Below are positions 20,435-30,574 of a stretch of DNA of 44,211 nucleotides, one piece after another. Source of the DNA: a virus (taxonomy: Duplodnaviria; Heunggongvirae; Uroviricota; Caudoviricetes); IMG/VR virus record IMGVR_UViG_2917413769_000009, positions 1 to 44,211 of that record. One strand, written 5' to 3'. Positions within the stretch are counted from its first letter, which is position 1, and each line of letters opens with the position of its first letter. The notes under the pieces are model-generated. The model saw nothing but the letters and a program-made list of their open reading frames with translations. It was not told the origin of the DNA and ran no database searches. A program made the translations under genes and the position numbers.

Positions 20435-21121
20435 TTAGAAGTTCAGATTTTTCAGTGCATTCAGTGCAGAGCCCACATCCTCAGCGTCGCGCAGGGACAG
20501 TGCGCCATAGCCCCCGGCCATGAATGCTTTGGCCTGGGTACGGGAGAGTCCGACATCACGCAGGACTCTTTCGATTTTTTTCTGTTCGGGGATTTCACCG
20601 CGGGCCAGCGCGTTCTTGACGTCGCTGATCCGCGCCTCGTCGTTAGACGGGAACGTCACCAGACTGACTTCCCAGAGGTCGATTTCTTTCAGCAGAAAGG
20701 CTTCTTTACTCCGGTCGTATTCCCAGTCTTTCAGGACGTACCCAATAGAAAGGCCGGTTAACGAACCGGCCTTCATGTGTGCATGTGCGCGTTTTGCGAG
20801 GGGATCATCATCAATGAGCAACCGTCCCCTGACGTAAAGCCCGACATCGTCTTCCTTCATTTCGGTATAAACACCGATGGGTTCATCCATGCGGTGCTGC
20901 CAGAGCAGCGCAGGTAACGCTTTTCTGTCACTCCACGCCCGCAGGGAAGCAGCAAATGCCCCGGACATCACCACATCATCGTGGCTGTCCTTTACACCAA
21001 AGACGGAGCCATACCCTTCAAACTCACCGGAGTCACTGACAGATTTCAGACTCAGCGGTACATCAAGACGTTGTTTCGTCTGCATTGGCGTTATCCTTCT
21101 GCTTACCGGCTTTACTGCCAT
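20435..21121 (-). CDS. prohead maturation protease (HK97 family)
   Basis: 228-aa ORF between portal and capsid genes. Start uncertain (overlaps the portal 3' end). Confidence 0.9.
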   Translation of the reverse strand: MAVKPVSRRITPMQTKQRLDVPLSLKSVSDSGEFEGYGSVFGVKDSHDDVVMSGAFAASLRAWSDRKALPALLWQHRMDEPIGVYTEMKEDDVGLYVRGRLLIDDDPLAKRAHAHMKAGSLTGLSIGYVLKDWEYDRSKEAFLLKEIDLWEVSLVTFPSNDEARISDVKNALARGEIPEQKKIERVLRDVGLSRTQAKAFMAGGYGALSLRDAEDVGSALNALKNLNF

Positions 21122-22304
21122 CGGAGGGTTTCGTGGTCATGTTCATCGGTGTGAGATAGACATCACCACCGGGACGCGGATTCATATCTTCCAGGTCGCG
21201 GCAGTCATTGGGAGAGTAAATTCCCCAGTTGATCCCGGTGGCGTAGGCTTCAAAACGGGACTTCATATCCCCGCGCAGTAACGCCCCGGCGTTAAATTTG
21301 GCGTAATAAATGCCCTGCTTACTTTTTCGTACCAGTCCGGTGTTGATCCGCTGCTCAATGCGGGTCAGATACGGCACCAGTGAATAGTTGATAAATCCCA
21401 GCCCCAGCTCTTCGATATTGTTGAAGGTGGCGCGATCGGTGTTCTGCACCATATGCAATGGCACCCGGAACAGACGACAGATTTCTTCAAGCTGAAACTT
21501 GCGGGTTTCCAGGAACTGGCTGTCCTCGGCGTTCAATGCCATCGACTTCCAGTCCAGCCCCATCTCAAGGATCATCGGGCGGTGAGCATTGCCAAGCCCG
21601 GTGTGACGCTCCTCAAAATCTTTCTTCAGGCGCTCATAAGCCTGATCCGACAGCGTCTGTTCTGTACGCAACACACCGGACGTCACCGCGCCATTGCTGA
21701 ACAGTCTGGCACCGTGTTCTTCAGTCGCTGCTGCCAGCGATATTGCCTCGCGGGCATAGGCGATGGGATTCAGTCCCACCAGACCGTCCAGCGTCAGCGT
21801 GCGCACATGCCAGATATCCTCCTGGGTCAGCACATCCGTTGAGCCGTCCGGGAATGTGACCTGATAGACCGGCTCCCAGCTACTGTTAAGCTTCGGTACC
21901 ACACAGCCGGGATCGACGGGCAGCAGTTCAGCCACTTCGCCAAATGCTTTCACTTTGTAGGCGTAAAAGTTGCCCCGCAGGCACAGACAGGTGACCACCA
22001 GCTCCCAGAACTCCTGCGGCGTCATATAGCCATTAGGATGCGAGGAGATCAGCTTATGCAGACGTTCGCCAGTGGCTCTCTGCTTCAGACCGCCATTCAG
22101 GTGATACAGGTTGCAGGGCAACATCCCGACCGACTCCGCCAGCACCCTGACGCAGGAAAAAACCGCCGTCAGTCGCATGGCCCGCTGACTGCTGATCTGC
22201 TTTCCGGTATAGGTGTCGTAGGACAACCCGATAGCATCCGCCAGCTCTGCTGGCGTGGTCACCGGTGCGTCACTTTTTCGTTGAAATAATCCCGAAAAGA
22301 ACAC
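21063..22304 (-). CDS. portal protein (HK97 family)
   Basis: 413-aa ORF downstream of the terminase, with an acidic/basic C-terminal tail. Confidence 0.93.
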   Translation of the reverse strand: MFFSGLFQRKSDAPVTTPAELADAIGLSYDTYTGKQISSQRAMRLTAVFSCVRVLAESVGMLPCNLYHLNGGLKQRATGERLHKLISSHPNGYMTPQEFWELVVTCLCLRGNFYAYKVKAFGEVAELLPVDPGCVVPKLNSSWEPVYQVTFPDGSTDVLTQEDIWHVRTLTLDGLVGLNPIAYAREAISLAAATEEHGARLFSNGAVTSGVLRTEQTLSDQAYERLKKDFEERHTGLGNAHRPMILEMGLDWKSMALNAEDSQFLETRKFQLEEICRLFRVPLHMVQNTDRATFNNIEELGLGFINYSLVPYLTRIEQRINTGLVRKSKQGIYYAKFNAGALLRGDMKSRFEAYATGINWGIYSPNDCRDLEDMNPRPGGDVYLTPMNMTTKPSDGSKAGKQKDNANADETTS

Positions 22305-22486
22305 TATTTACCTCCGCCGACAGACTGCTGTGTACGGTCGAGATATCGCGCCACCAGCCACGACCAGAACAGGCACAACGCCCCGGCAACAACAAAACCC
22401 ACCGGGGGATAAATCAGCCAGGCACCATACGCCAGCAAAAGCGCCCCCAGCACGCCTACCAGAGGCGCGAGAATCAGCATGATCAT
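22304..22486 (-). CDS. small hydrophobic protein (60 aa) between terminase and portal
   Basis: [52 protein letters not shown]..., two predicted TM helices, start/stop coupled to neighbours. Could be spurious. Confidence 0.3.
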   Translation of the reverse strand: MIMLILAPLVGVLGALLLAYGAWLIYPPVGFVVAGALCLFWSWLVARYLDRTQQSVGGGK

Positions 22487-22497
22487 AATTACCTCAG

Positions 22498-24230
22498 TTA
22501 AAGCGAGCGGATCCCGTAGGACTCAATGTGGTCAGACAGCGTGTCTTCTTTCTCGTACAGCATGGCTCTGCCAACCGCCATAATCAGCGCAACTGCACCA
22601 TCGATTTTGTTTTCCGCCTGCTCTTTGACGGGCTTCACCACATCATCGTTACCCGGAATGGTTTTTCCGACCACGTTGCCGATACACCAGGTCATGATGG
22701 GATTGCCATCATGATGAAAGCGCCCCGATTCAATTGCCGCTTCCAGCTCTTTCATCGGGTCGGACATGTTGGTGTAGTTCTGAATGATGGTGACGGGGTT
22801 CAGGTCTTCATCAGCAAGGTCATGTGACAGCCCGGTCGCCCGAAGGGGTCGATGGGTGACTCGCTGACCGGGCTGATTTTGTTCGCCGCTTTGGCCTCTT
22901 CGAGGATGTAGCGATAATCCACCTCTGCACCATCGGTAACGGTCAGAACGCCCATTTCCACCCATTTCTGAAAGCGTTCGGCTGTCCGGCGATCTTCATT
23001 TTTCTCGACGCTATACACCGTGTCATACGGTACCCAGAAACGCGGGGCCACACTGTAGTAATGCGTTTTACCGTCAATCTCGCGGGTATAAAGTCGCGCC
23101 ATGCTGTTCATATCCAGCTTACGCGCCAGGTCAAAGGCCAGAATGCACGGCTGCCCCTCGAATTGCTCAAGAGTCAGTGATTTATCCTCGCAGCTCTGCC
23201 AGCTCACCAGGTTGAAATACGCCGAACGCGCCGACACCCAGATATTGAGGTGTTTTGTTTTAAAGACGTTTGCCAGACGGGCGTTATTTTTCGCACGCTG
23301 TTGCTGACTTAACAAAAACTCACGGTAAACCGACACCCCGATATTCGGGTTGGCTTTTTCCAGCACCTGTGGGTCGGTCCAGTCGTCACCTTCGTCAACG
23401 GTATAGATGATCCCGAACAGTTCATCGTTGGGTACCGAACCGTTGAGCATCTCGATAACTTCCCGCCGTTTGTCGTAGCACGGCCCCTCAATGTTGTACC
23501 CGGCGGTAGTGATAGCCCACATCAGTGGCTGACGTCGCGCCCCCATCCCGGTAATCATCGTGGTGTAAAGCGCATCTGTGGCGTGCTCGTGATATTCATC
23601 CACCACCGCACAGTGGGGTGATGAACCATCACCGGGGTTACCGATCAGCGGTTCAAACCGCGCCCCATCCTCCGGACGGTTCATGTTTGAGGCGTTAACC
23701 TCAATCCCGAACGCTTCCGTCAGCATTGGTGTGCGTTTACACATCAGTCGCGCCGGGCGAAAAACTTCCCACGCCTGTTTCTCTGTCGTGGCACCGGAAT
23801 ACACTTCCGCGCCAAACTCGTTATCACAGGCAAAACAATACAGGGCAACACCGGCAGAGATTGCCGATTTGCCGTTTTTACGGGGAATTTCGGTATACAC
23901 CTCCCGGAAGCGGCGCAACCGGGTGCCTTTATTGACCCAGCCAAACGCACAGCAGATCACAAATAGCTGCCACGGCTCCAGCGTGATGGGCATCCGTTTA
24001 AATGCCCACTCACCCTTGGTGTGCGGCAACAGCTGAATAAATTTGGCGGCCCGTTCAGCCAGGTCCTTGTCGAAGCGGTAACGAAACGACTTACTTTTTT
24101 CCGCCATCAGGTCATCAAGATGGCGCTGGCAGGCCTGAATCACAAACTGGCAGGCAACAATCTTTCCGCGCACGACATCCCGGGCATACTGATTTGCAGC
24201 ATTTACGTTGGGGTAAGATTTCCGGCTCAT
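22498..24230 (-). CDS. terminase large subunit; reading frame interrupted near the G4 run at 22845-22848
   Basis: N-terminal ATPase part is the 476-aa ORF 22800-24230, the C-terminal nuclease part continues in another frame to 22498 (...[22 protein letters not shown]...). Adding one G/C at the run gives a continuous ...[14 protein letters not shown]... Confidence 0.85.
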
Positions 24231-24730
24231 GATTCGATAATTTTCAGAAACGGGTTAGTGGCTTTCTTCTGCCCCGCCAGGCCAATCAGACGCTGGCGGC
24301 TGCTGGGGTCGAGTCCGAGCATTGCCCCCGTACTGCTCATCTCGGACTCCTGTTCTTTTTTGGCGGTCAGCTCCGGATTTTTGACCATGCCGCCCATTGC
24401 ACCGGTGATGGTGTTGCCCTGTCTGGCAATATTTTTCACAGCACGTCGCCAGAACTCATAGGCTACGCACCACCGCTCAAGCACCGCAAGGTCAGTCACG
24501 CACAGCAGGCCCTGACCGCAGAGTTCTTTGGTTGTCAGTTGCCACATGATCGTGGCGAGAGGGAGCTCTTCTTCAGCGAACCACTCCGGTGGCTCAACAC
24601 CTTTGATGGGCGTAAAAACGGGTTCATCTTTGTTCAGGGCTCGCTTGCCGGGGTTTCCGGCCAGCGCCTTGCGCGCCGTTGGCTTGGGGCGACGCCCGGA
24701 ACGCCCCGCCGTTCCAGCCATATGCGGCAC
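24227..24730 (-). CDS. terminase small subunit (P27-like family)
   Basis: 167-aa ORF ATGA-coupled to the large subunit; basic N-terminus [30 protein letters not shown]... Confidence 0.85.
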   Translation of the reverse strand: MPHMAGTAGRSGRRPKPTARKALAGNPGKRALNKDEPVFTPIKGVEPPEWFAEEELPLATIMWQLTTKELCGQGLLCVTDLAVLERWCVAYEFWRRAVKNIARQGNTITGAMGGMVKNPELTAKKEQESEMSSTGAMLGLDPSSRQRLIGLAGQKKATNPFLKIIES

Positions 24731-24764
24731 TCCTGGTTAAATTTCATTTTTCGCGGGTATAAAA

Positions 24765-24825
24765 AAACGATGGGGCGGGCAGTCCGGAAGACGTCAGGTC
24801 ACAGGGATTTGACCCGCCCCTCCCC
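24765..24825. other. GC-rich inverted repeat in the HNH-terS intergenic region; candidate cos/packaging signal or terminator
   Basis: GGGGCGGG (24772-24779) and CCCGCCCC (24813-24820) flank a 33-bp spacer; the minus-strand transcript would have a U-run after the hairpin. HK97-type phages place cos upstream of terS. Confidence 0.3.
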
Positions 24826-24846
24826 TCAGACAGTTGAGAATTATTA

Positions 24847-25197
24847 TCAATTAAGCCGTTCACGGGCCGTCTTCGCCTTATGACACGGCCAGCACAGGCT
24901 CTGCAGATTACTGTCTGAATCTGTGCCGCCATGCGCTTTAGGGATGATGTGGTCAACGGTTTTCGCCTCGCGCACCACACCAGCACGCAGGCACAACTGG
25001 CACAGGCCTTTGTCACGCTTCAGCACACGCGCGCGGATACCGTCCCACTTCGAACCATAACCGCGCTGATGACGGGATTGTCCTGGCTTGTATTGCTTCC
25101 AGCCTTCGCTTTTGTGGCTTTCGCAATAGCCGGAAGGAGCAGTGGTGGTATGGCGGCAGCCGCGAACACGGCAGGCTCTGGGGATTAAGGCAGGCAT
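24847..25197 (-). CDS. HNH endonuclease
   Basis: 116 aa with Cys-rich N-terminus and HNH motif ...VDHIIPKAHGGTDSDSNLQSLCWPCHKAKT...; HNH next to terminase is typical of HK97-like packaging modules. Confidence 0.88.
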   Translation of the reverse strand: MPALIPRACRVRGCRHTTTAPSGYCESHKSEGWKQYKPGQSRHQRGYGSKWDGIRARVLKRDKGLCQLCLRAGVVREAKTVDHIIPKAHGGTDSDSNLQSLCWPCHKAKTARERLN

Positions 25198-25470
25198 GAT
25201 AAATCGACTCGTTTAACTCTTCTGTGTCTACAACGCAAATCACAAACTCCGCATTCTTCCCTCCATTAAAACTGAATATTGAAGAGGGATTATGAAAAAA
25301 GATCATTTAATCAATCTGATAATCAATATCTTACTTAAGATGATAATAAAGCTTTGCGCAAATTGGATATTGGAACACTTCCACATATGGTTGAACCATC
25401 TGCTGTCTTACATGAGCTGACACTGTTCATCCGCACACGAGTGGTGTGGTAGGCATATTGATTCGAGCGT

Positions 25471-25917
25471 TTATGAATGCAGCCCGGGTATTGTGAGCTG
25501 CAGCTGGGTAGCCAGGCTACTAATTTCGGCCATCAGAACTGGCTTGGTGTAACGCCATGCAGCCAGGCCCTGCCCGCAGAAGCTCGCCATATCTTTCTTC
25601 TGATCAAACTCGTGACACTTCATATTGAGCTGTGCACTTAAGCTGCTGCGATGCTGAAGCTCTCCGGTGAAGTAGTCATCGAGGACTTTATAGGCTGCAT
25701 ATTTAAACCCAGGGTTTAGCCATGCCGCGTAATCATAAGCAACAAACTTTCCTCCATATGTTCCACCGTGTACACCGCGCTCCGTAAAAACCACAGATTC
25801 GTGGTTTTTCTCCAGCTCGGCTAAGAACTCTTTGGTCTGCTTGTTTCGCAGGTAGTGGTACGGAGATTCAGATTCACTTTTACCACTGGCTTTCCACATG
25901 TCAGTGAGGCAGATCAT
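25471..25917 (-). CDS. KilA-N domain protein
   Basis: 148 aa; ICLTDMWKASGK...YLRNKQTKEFLAEL...ERGVHGGTYGGKFVAYDYAAWLNPGFKYAAYKVL fits the KilA-N pattern (INATQMCKAAGK...WLRLKSTKEF...GTWVHPDLAIEFARWLSPEF) as I recall it. Confidence 0.6.
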   Translation of the reverse strand: MICLTDMWKASGKSESESPYHYLRNKQTKEFLAELEKNHESVVFTERGVHGGTYGGKFVAYDYAAWLNPGFKYAAYKVLDDYFTGELQHRSSLSAQLNMKCHEFDQKKDMASFCGQGLAAWRYTKPVLMAEISSLATQLQLTIPGLHS

Positions 25918-26143
25918 TCCTGATTCATCAACACGGATCGAATATTAAAAAGCGTGATTGCTTTCATAGCGTTTTTACCTTTTAGAAAATTGAGCCTGTC
26001 CCACAGAAAAGCCGCCCCGAGATGGTCGCCACCATATACGGCAGTTCTCAGGCTCAACTTTCTGAAAGGCTCGGGTGATAATATGCGCGTGGGAGGCGCG
26101 GTGAATTTCAGATGTCAAAAAGCCAGCGATTAATCTGGCTCTG

Positions 26144-26581
26144 TTAATTCAAACACTGCGTTCTGATGTACTCCTGCAAGTAGTTAACCTGCGCGGTTAT
26201 CCTGTCGATTCCACTTCGGAGACGGTAATAATTGAGTTCAGCATCTGCTGTAAGTCTTGGGCTTTCTCCATCGCCCATGCCGCTGGCTCCGGTCGTTGAC
26301 TTTGCACAGGTGGCGGCGACTTGCAGGCGCTTACGACCAGCAGAAACATCAGCACGGAGACTTTCGATAGTCGCGTTAGCATCAGCAAGCTCCTTTGTGT
26401 ATCTGGCGTCGAGTTCTGCTACATCACGTTGACGCTTCTGCATGTCAGCGATGATGTACGTGGCTTTATCGCGCTGGTCTTTGTAGGCGATGGCGTTATC
26501 ACGGTAATGATTAACAGCCCATGACAGGCAGACGATGATGCAGATAACCAGAACAGAGATAATCGCGGTTACCCTGCTCAT
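26144..26581 (-). CDS. Rz: i-spanin Rz
   Basis: Start at [31 protein letters not shown]..., matching the lambda Rz N-terminus as recalled; coupled to the endolysin stop. Confidence 0.85.
   Translation of the reverse strand: MSRVTAIISVLVICIIVCLSWAVNHYRDNAIAYKDQRDKATYIIADMQKRQRDVAELDARYTKELADANATIESLRADVSAGRKRLQVAATCAKSTTGASGMGDGESPRLTADAELNYYRLRSGIDRITAQVNYLQEYIRTQCLN
26197..26388 (-). CDS. Rz1: o-spanin Rz1 (lipoprotein) embedded in the +1 frame of Rz
   Basis: 63-aa ORF inside Rz with lipobox LVVSAC and a proline-rich segment. Confidence 0.8.
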   Translation of the reverse strand: MLMLTRLSKVSVLMFLLVVSACKSPPPVQSQRPEPAAWAMEKAQDLQQMLNSIITVSEVESTG

Positions 26582-27075
26582 TGTTGCCCCCACAAACAGA
26601 CCTCACGCTCAATCTCACGACGAGTCATCAGGCCTTTCCATTGCTTACCGCCAGCGTATGTCCAGCGACGTAGCTGGTCACATGCGCCCTTGATATCGCC
26701 CTGGTTTATTTTGCGAAGAAGAGTAGATGTTCTGAAATTGCCTGCGCCCACGTTATAGACGAACGAGTAAAGAGCGCCGCGCGTTGTTTCCGGTATATCG
26801 ACTTTGATGTACGGGTTAATTTGTCTGGCGACAGTGGCAAGGTCTTTATTCAGGAGGGCTTTGCATTCTGCTTCGGTATACGTTTTACCGAGCATAATGT
26901 CTTTTCCGGTGTGCCCGTAACATACAGTCCATACACCAACGATATCTTTATATGGTATGTAGCTGACGCCTTCCAGACCATCGTTACCACTTGGGCCAGT
27001 GATTAACACAGATGCTATAGCAATAGCCCCGCCACCAATAGCCGCAGCAACGGCTTTTCGTAATGATGGAGGCAT
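26578..27075 (-). CDS. R: SAR endolysin (phage-21 R21-type lysozyme)
   Basis: 165 aa; N-terminal Gly/Ala-rich weakly hydrophobic signal-anchor-release segment [20 protein letters not shown] followed by a lysozyme-like domain. Confidence 0.9.
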   Translation of the reverse strand: MPPSLRKAVAAAIGGGAIAIASVLITGPSGNDGLEGVSYIPYKDIVGVWTVCYGHTGKDIMLGKTYTEAECKALLNKDLATVARQINPYIKVDIPETTRGALYSFVYNVGAGNFRTSTLLRKINQGDIKGACDQLRRWTYAGGKQWKGLMTRREIEREVCLWGQQ

Positions 27076-27290
27076 TATTCACCTCTCGCAGCCTTTCTTC
27101 TGTCTTCTCTGATTTTGAAGTACAGATTTGTCAGATAGGTGAGAAAGCCCAACACAAGGCTTCCAAGCACTCCAATCGCAGCCCACTGTGATGGACTGAC
27201 CTGATCCAACCACTGCAAAAACCAGTATCCCGCACTACCAGCGGATGTTCCGTAGGCAATGCCAGTTGAGATTTTGTCCATTGATTTCAT
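27075..27290 (-). CDS. S: pinholin (phage-21 S21-type) with dual-start motif
   Basis: 71 aa, [71 protein letters not shown], which I recognise as the S21 holin/antiholin sequence. Confidence 0.9.
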   Translation of the reverse strand: MKSMDKISTGIAYGTSAGSAGYWFLQWLDQVSPSQWAAIGVLGSLVLGFLTYLTNLYFKIREDRRKAARGE

Positions 27291-27560
27291 AGCAACGCCT
27301 CCGCAAGTAACGGATTGCGTAGTTCTTATATTGGGAAGGGAGGAAAGAAGGCCGCAGCGTAACTATCACTGATGAGTTCAGGATAGCCAGTGGCTACGGC
27401 TCAGTTTGGGTTGTGCTGTTACTGGGCGGCGATGACGCCTGTACGCATTTGGTGATCCGGTTCTGCTTCCGGCATTCGCTTAATTCAGCACAACGGAAAG
27501 AGCACTCAATGCATTTAAACCAAGCCCCATAAAGGAGAATGCTCTTACCTGTTGCACAGA

Positions 27561-27622
27561 TATAAAAAATCCCGAAACCGTTATGCAGGCTCTAACTATT
27601 ACCTGCGAACTGTTTCGGGATT
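27561..27622 (-). terminator. tR' late terminator
   Basis: Minus-strand hairpin AAUCCCGAAACAG...ACGGUUUCGGGAUUUUUUAU, near-identical to lambda tR' as recalled. Confidence 0.75.
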
Positions 27623-27756
27623 GCATTTTGCAGACCTCTCAGCCTGCGATGGTTGGAGTTCCAGACGATACGTCGAAGTGACCAACTAGGCGGAATCGGT
27701 AGTAAGCGCCGCCTCTTTTTATCTCACTACCACAACGAGCGAATTAACCCATCGTT
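27563..27756 (-). ncRNA. 6S RNA (short PR' transcript including qut), about 194 nt
   Basis: Distance from the predicted PR' start to tR' is about 194 nt and the sequence is lambda-like (ACGAUGGGUUAAUUCGCUCGUUGUGGUAGUGAGAU...). Confidence 0.55.
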
Positions 27757-27762
27757 GGGTCA

Positions 27763-27791
27763 AATTTACCCAACTTTATTCAAAAAGTCAA
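27763..27791 (-). promoter_or_regulatory. late promoter PR' (-35 TTGACT, -10 TAAATT, 17-bp spacer) with adjacent qut
   Basis: Minus-strand TTGACTTTTTGAATAAAGTTGGGTAAATT downstream of Q, closely resembling lambda PR'. Confidence 0.75.
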
Positions 27792-27833
27792 TATCATGCC
27801 GTTAATATGTTGCTATCCGTGGCAATCATGCTG

Positions 27834-28457
27834 CTAACGTGTGACCGCATTCAAAATGTTGTCTGCGATTGACTCTTCTTTGTGGCATTGCACCACCAGA
27901 GCGTCATACAGCGGCTTAACAGTGCGTGACCAGGTGGGTTGAGTAAGGTTTGGGATTAGCATCGTTACAGCGCGATATGCGGCGCTTGCTGGCATTCTTG
28001 AATAGCCGACACCTTTGCATCTTCCGCACTCTTTCTCAACAACTCTCCCCCACTGCTCTGTTTTGGCTATATCAACCGCACGGCCTGTACCGTGGCAATC
28101 TCTGCATCTTGCGCCCGGCGTCGCGGCACTACGGCAATAATCCGCATAAGCGAATGTTGCGAGCACTTGCAGTACCTTTGCCTTAGTATTTCCTTCAAGC
28201 TTTGCCACACCACGGTATTTCCCCGATACCTTGTGTGCAAATTGCATCAGATAGTTGATAGCCTTTTGTTTGTCGTTCTGGCTGAGTTCATGCTTACCGC
28301 AGAATGCAGCCATTCCGAATCCGGCTTGTGATTGCGCCATCCCCATAGCAGCCATCACATCAGTACCGGAAAGAGAGTCAGAAGCCGTAGCCCGTGGTGA
28401 GTCGCTCATCATCGGGCTTTTTGGCGAATGAAATTTAGCTACGCTTTCGAGTCTCAT
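27834..28457 (-). CDS. Q: late antiterminator Q (lambda type)
   Basis: 207 aa, [60 protein letters not shown]..., essentially lambda Q as recalled. Confidence 0.95.
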   Translation of the reverse strand: MRLESVAKFHSPKSPMMSDSPRATASDSLSGTDVMAAMGMAQSQAGFGMAAFCGKHELSQNDKQKAINYLMQFAHKVSGKYRGVAKLEGNTKAKVLQVLATFAYADYCRSAATPGARCRDCHGTGRAVDIAKTEQWGRVVEKECGRCKGVGYSRMPASAAYRAVTMLIPNLTQPTWSRTVKPLYDALVVQCHKEESIADNILNAVTR

Positions 28458-29119
28458 GCGCCTTCTCCCTGTACCTGAATCAATGTGAGATTTCCGCAGA
28501 ACACTGCCCCAGTATCGATATACATCTGGTTGGCAAATTTGAGTGGTTTCACTGCTGGCGTATGACCAAAGATAAACGTGTCCGCGCCTTTAATTTCTTT
28601 CACGATCCCGTCTTGTGAGTTGCTGATTCGTTCGCGGTTCCAGATTACCTGCTGATGATCAACTGGCTTTCCGAACTCGTATTCATCACAAGGATAATCG
28701 GCGTGGCAGATGACATATTTTTTATCTTTGCTCACCAGTTCGATGATTAACGGAAGTTCTTCTGCTTTATGGGCAAGAGCTTTAGCCAGAATTTCTTTGT
28801 CGTAATCGAGATTAAAGAACCAGCCACCGCCATTAAGCAGCCAGTGATTGACGTTTCCACGCTCTGATAAGCCATCAATCATCATGTGCTCATGGTTTCC
28901 ACGTACAGCTCTGAACCAGGGGAATGTGATTAATTCCAGGCATTCAACGTTCTCTGCACCACGATCAACCAAATCGCCAACCGAGATAAGCAGGTCTTTT
29001 TTGGTGTCGAATCCAATCGTATCCAGTTTGTTCATCAGGTTCGTGTAGCATCCGTGCAGGTCGCCAGCTACCCAAATATTTCGGTATTTGCTGCCATCAA
29101 TTCTTTCGTAGATATTCAT
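28454..29119 (-). CDS. ninI: NinI serine/threonine protein phosphatase
   Basis: 221 aa with metallophosphatase motifs GDLHG, GDLVDRG, GNHE. Confidence 0.92.
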   Translation of the reverse strand: MNIYERIDGSKYRNIWVAGDLHGCYTNLMNKLDTIGFDTKKDLLISVGDLVDRGAENVECLELITFPWFRAVRGNHEHMMIDGLSERGNVNHWLLNGGGWFFNLDYDKEILAKALAHKAEELPLIIELVSKDKKYVICHADYPCDEYEFGKPVDHQQVIWNRERISNSQDGIVKEIKGADTFIFGHTPAVKPLKFANQMYIDTGAVFCGNLTLIQVQGEGA

Positions 29120-29727
29120 GCTGCCTCACTTCTGCTGTTTCGCAGATTTTTAAGTTTCTGCTGATACTCCGCCTTGATGGCCCTGCACTCTTCGACAGTC
29201 CAGCGATGGCGGTTATGGTTTGATTCGATTTCGTCTACTGCTTCCTGCCCGATGCGATTAATCAGTTCGACGCGATACGGAACGAGATTTCCGCTTTTGT
29301 GCTGGTTGCACACCACGCATTGCTTGTGAATATTGCGTTCATCAAATCGGAGTTGAGGTGCCGCAGCAGTTGTCCGGTAATGTCCGGCATCCCACTGAGC
29401 AGACGTGAGCGTTCCGCACGAGATACATGGTAAGTCGCGGTCTCTTTCTCTGATGAAGGCGTTTACGGCTTGTTGGGCTTGTTTAATCCAGTAACTGCGG
29501 GGCTTTAAGGCGAGTTTTCGAATCTTAAGTTTATCTTTCTGTTTCTGCTCCTCTCGTCGTCGTTTCTTCTCTGCTGCTTTTTCCGCTTTTTCGCGTTCTT
29601 TGCTTCGTCGTTCGAGTGCTATCTTTGTTCCACACTCTGGAGAGCACCACCACTGATTAGCGAATGCAGGGTGAAACCATTTCCGACATTCATCGTTTTT
29701 ACATCGTCTTCGCGCTGGTTTAGCCAT
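29116..29727 (-). CDS. ninG: NinG (Rap recombination endonuclease)
   Basis: 203 aa with Cys clusters and basic coiled stretch; [33 protein letters not shown]... as in lambda NinG. Confidence 0.9.
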   Translation of the reverse strand: MAKPARRRCKNDECRKWFHPAFANQWWCSPECGTKIALERRSKEREKAEKAAEKKRRREEQKQKDKLKIRKLALKPRSYWIKQAQQAVNAFIRERDRDLPCISCGTLTSAQWDAGHYRTTAAAPQLRFDERNIHKQCVVCNQHKSGNLVPYRVELINRIGQEAVDEIESNHNRHRWTVEECRAIKAEYQQKLKNLRNSRSEAA

Positions 29728-29896
29728 CGTCTTCTTCCTCGTACATTGAGCTATTCGGATCGCTCATCAGTTCTGCGCAGCAGTGCTCACACACGTGAAC
29801 TTCAAGCACATGCAGCTTCTGACCGCAGTTAGCGCACGTTAAAGCCCGCTCGACGCTTTCTTTCTGGTATTGAAGGGATTGGGATGGGCTAAGCAT
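29720..29896 (-). CDS. ninF: NinF
   Basis: Hand translation [58 protein letters not shown] (58 aa), lambda NinF-like; overlaps the ninG start. Confidence 0.8.
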   Translation of the reverse strand: MLSPSQSLQYQKESVERALTCANCGQKLHVLEVHVCEHCCAELMSDPNSSMYEEEDDG

Positions 29897-30261
29897 TATT
29901 GGATTCTCTGCATCATGAGAAAGACAATCATGGCGGCGCGGAGGGGATTTTCATGTATAGCTCGCTTAGATTTACAGTAGGCCACACCGCGTGCACCCCA
30001 CTCGTCTTCATCGAGATTGATAATGCTAATCCTGTATTTTTCAATAATCGGCCATGCGTCTGCTGGGTTTACGCATGGGTTAAATGATCCGCGCTCAACT
30101 TCTACTTCAACTGCGTCTCCGTTTACAATGTCTCCCTCAAATGAGACAAACACCATATCGCCATTCTCACCTTCTTTGTAATCCGGTGATCCGTTATGAA
30201 TGGATTCGAATACCGCCACGTTAATTTCAAAATCACTTAACTGTGAATAATCCATTGTCAT
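29896..30261 (-). CDS. hypothetical nin-region protein (121 aa) inserted between ninE and ninF
   Basis: ORF ATGA-coupled on both sides (start overlaps ninE stop, stop overlaps ninF start); acidic, no recognised motif. Confidence 0.6.
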   Translation of the reverse strand: MTMDYSQLSDFEINVAVFESIHNGSPDYKEGENGDMVFVSFEGDIVNGDAVEVEVERGSFNPCVNPADAWPIIEKYRISIINLDEDEWGARGVAYCKSKRAIHENPLRAAMIVFLMMQRIQ

Positions 30262-30434
30262 TTCCTCGCGCGTTCTCTAAGCCACCGGATATCCCACAGG
30301 TGAGCCGTGTAATTGAAGGTTTTTACGTCAGATTCTTTTGGGATTGGCTTGCGTTTATTTCTGGAGCGTTTCGTTGGAAGGTATTTGCAGTTTTCGCAGA
30401 TTATGTCGGTGATACTTCGTCGCTGTCTCGCCAC
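30258..30434 (-). CDS. ninE: NinE (GTG start)
   Basis: Hand translation (M)[66 protein letters not shown] 4 nt upstream of GTG 30432-30434; lambda NinE-like. Confidence 0.6.
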   Translation of the reverse strand: MARQRRSITDIICENCKYLPTKRSRNKRKPIPKESDVKTFNYTAHLWDIRWLRERARK

Positions 30435-30574
30435 ACGTCCTCCTTTTCCTGCGGTAGTGGTAACACCCCTGTTGGTGTTCTTTCACACCGGAGACACCAT
30501 CGATTCCAGTAAGGTTGATTTGGTCGGAAGCGGTTATCGTCTTTGCATTCACCGCACCGATAACATCGCATCAT
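30401..30574 (-). CDS. ninD: NinD
   Basis: Start at [31 protein letters not shown]... (57 aa, zinc-ribbon-like Cys pairs); ATGA-coupled to ninC. Confidence 0.75.
   Translation of the reverse strand: MMRCYRCGECKDDNRFRPNQPYWNRWCLRCERTPTGVLPLPQEKEDVWRDSDEVSPT

Noticed and set aside
20054-20523. Plus-strand ORFs of 65-144 aa
   Set aside because: Antisense within the major capsid gene; low-complexity Ser/Arg-rich translation.
27291-27560. Toxin or other cargo gene between tR' and the holin (the usual stx site)
   Set aside because: The interval is only about 270 bp, lambda-like, and contains no ORF.
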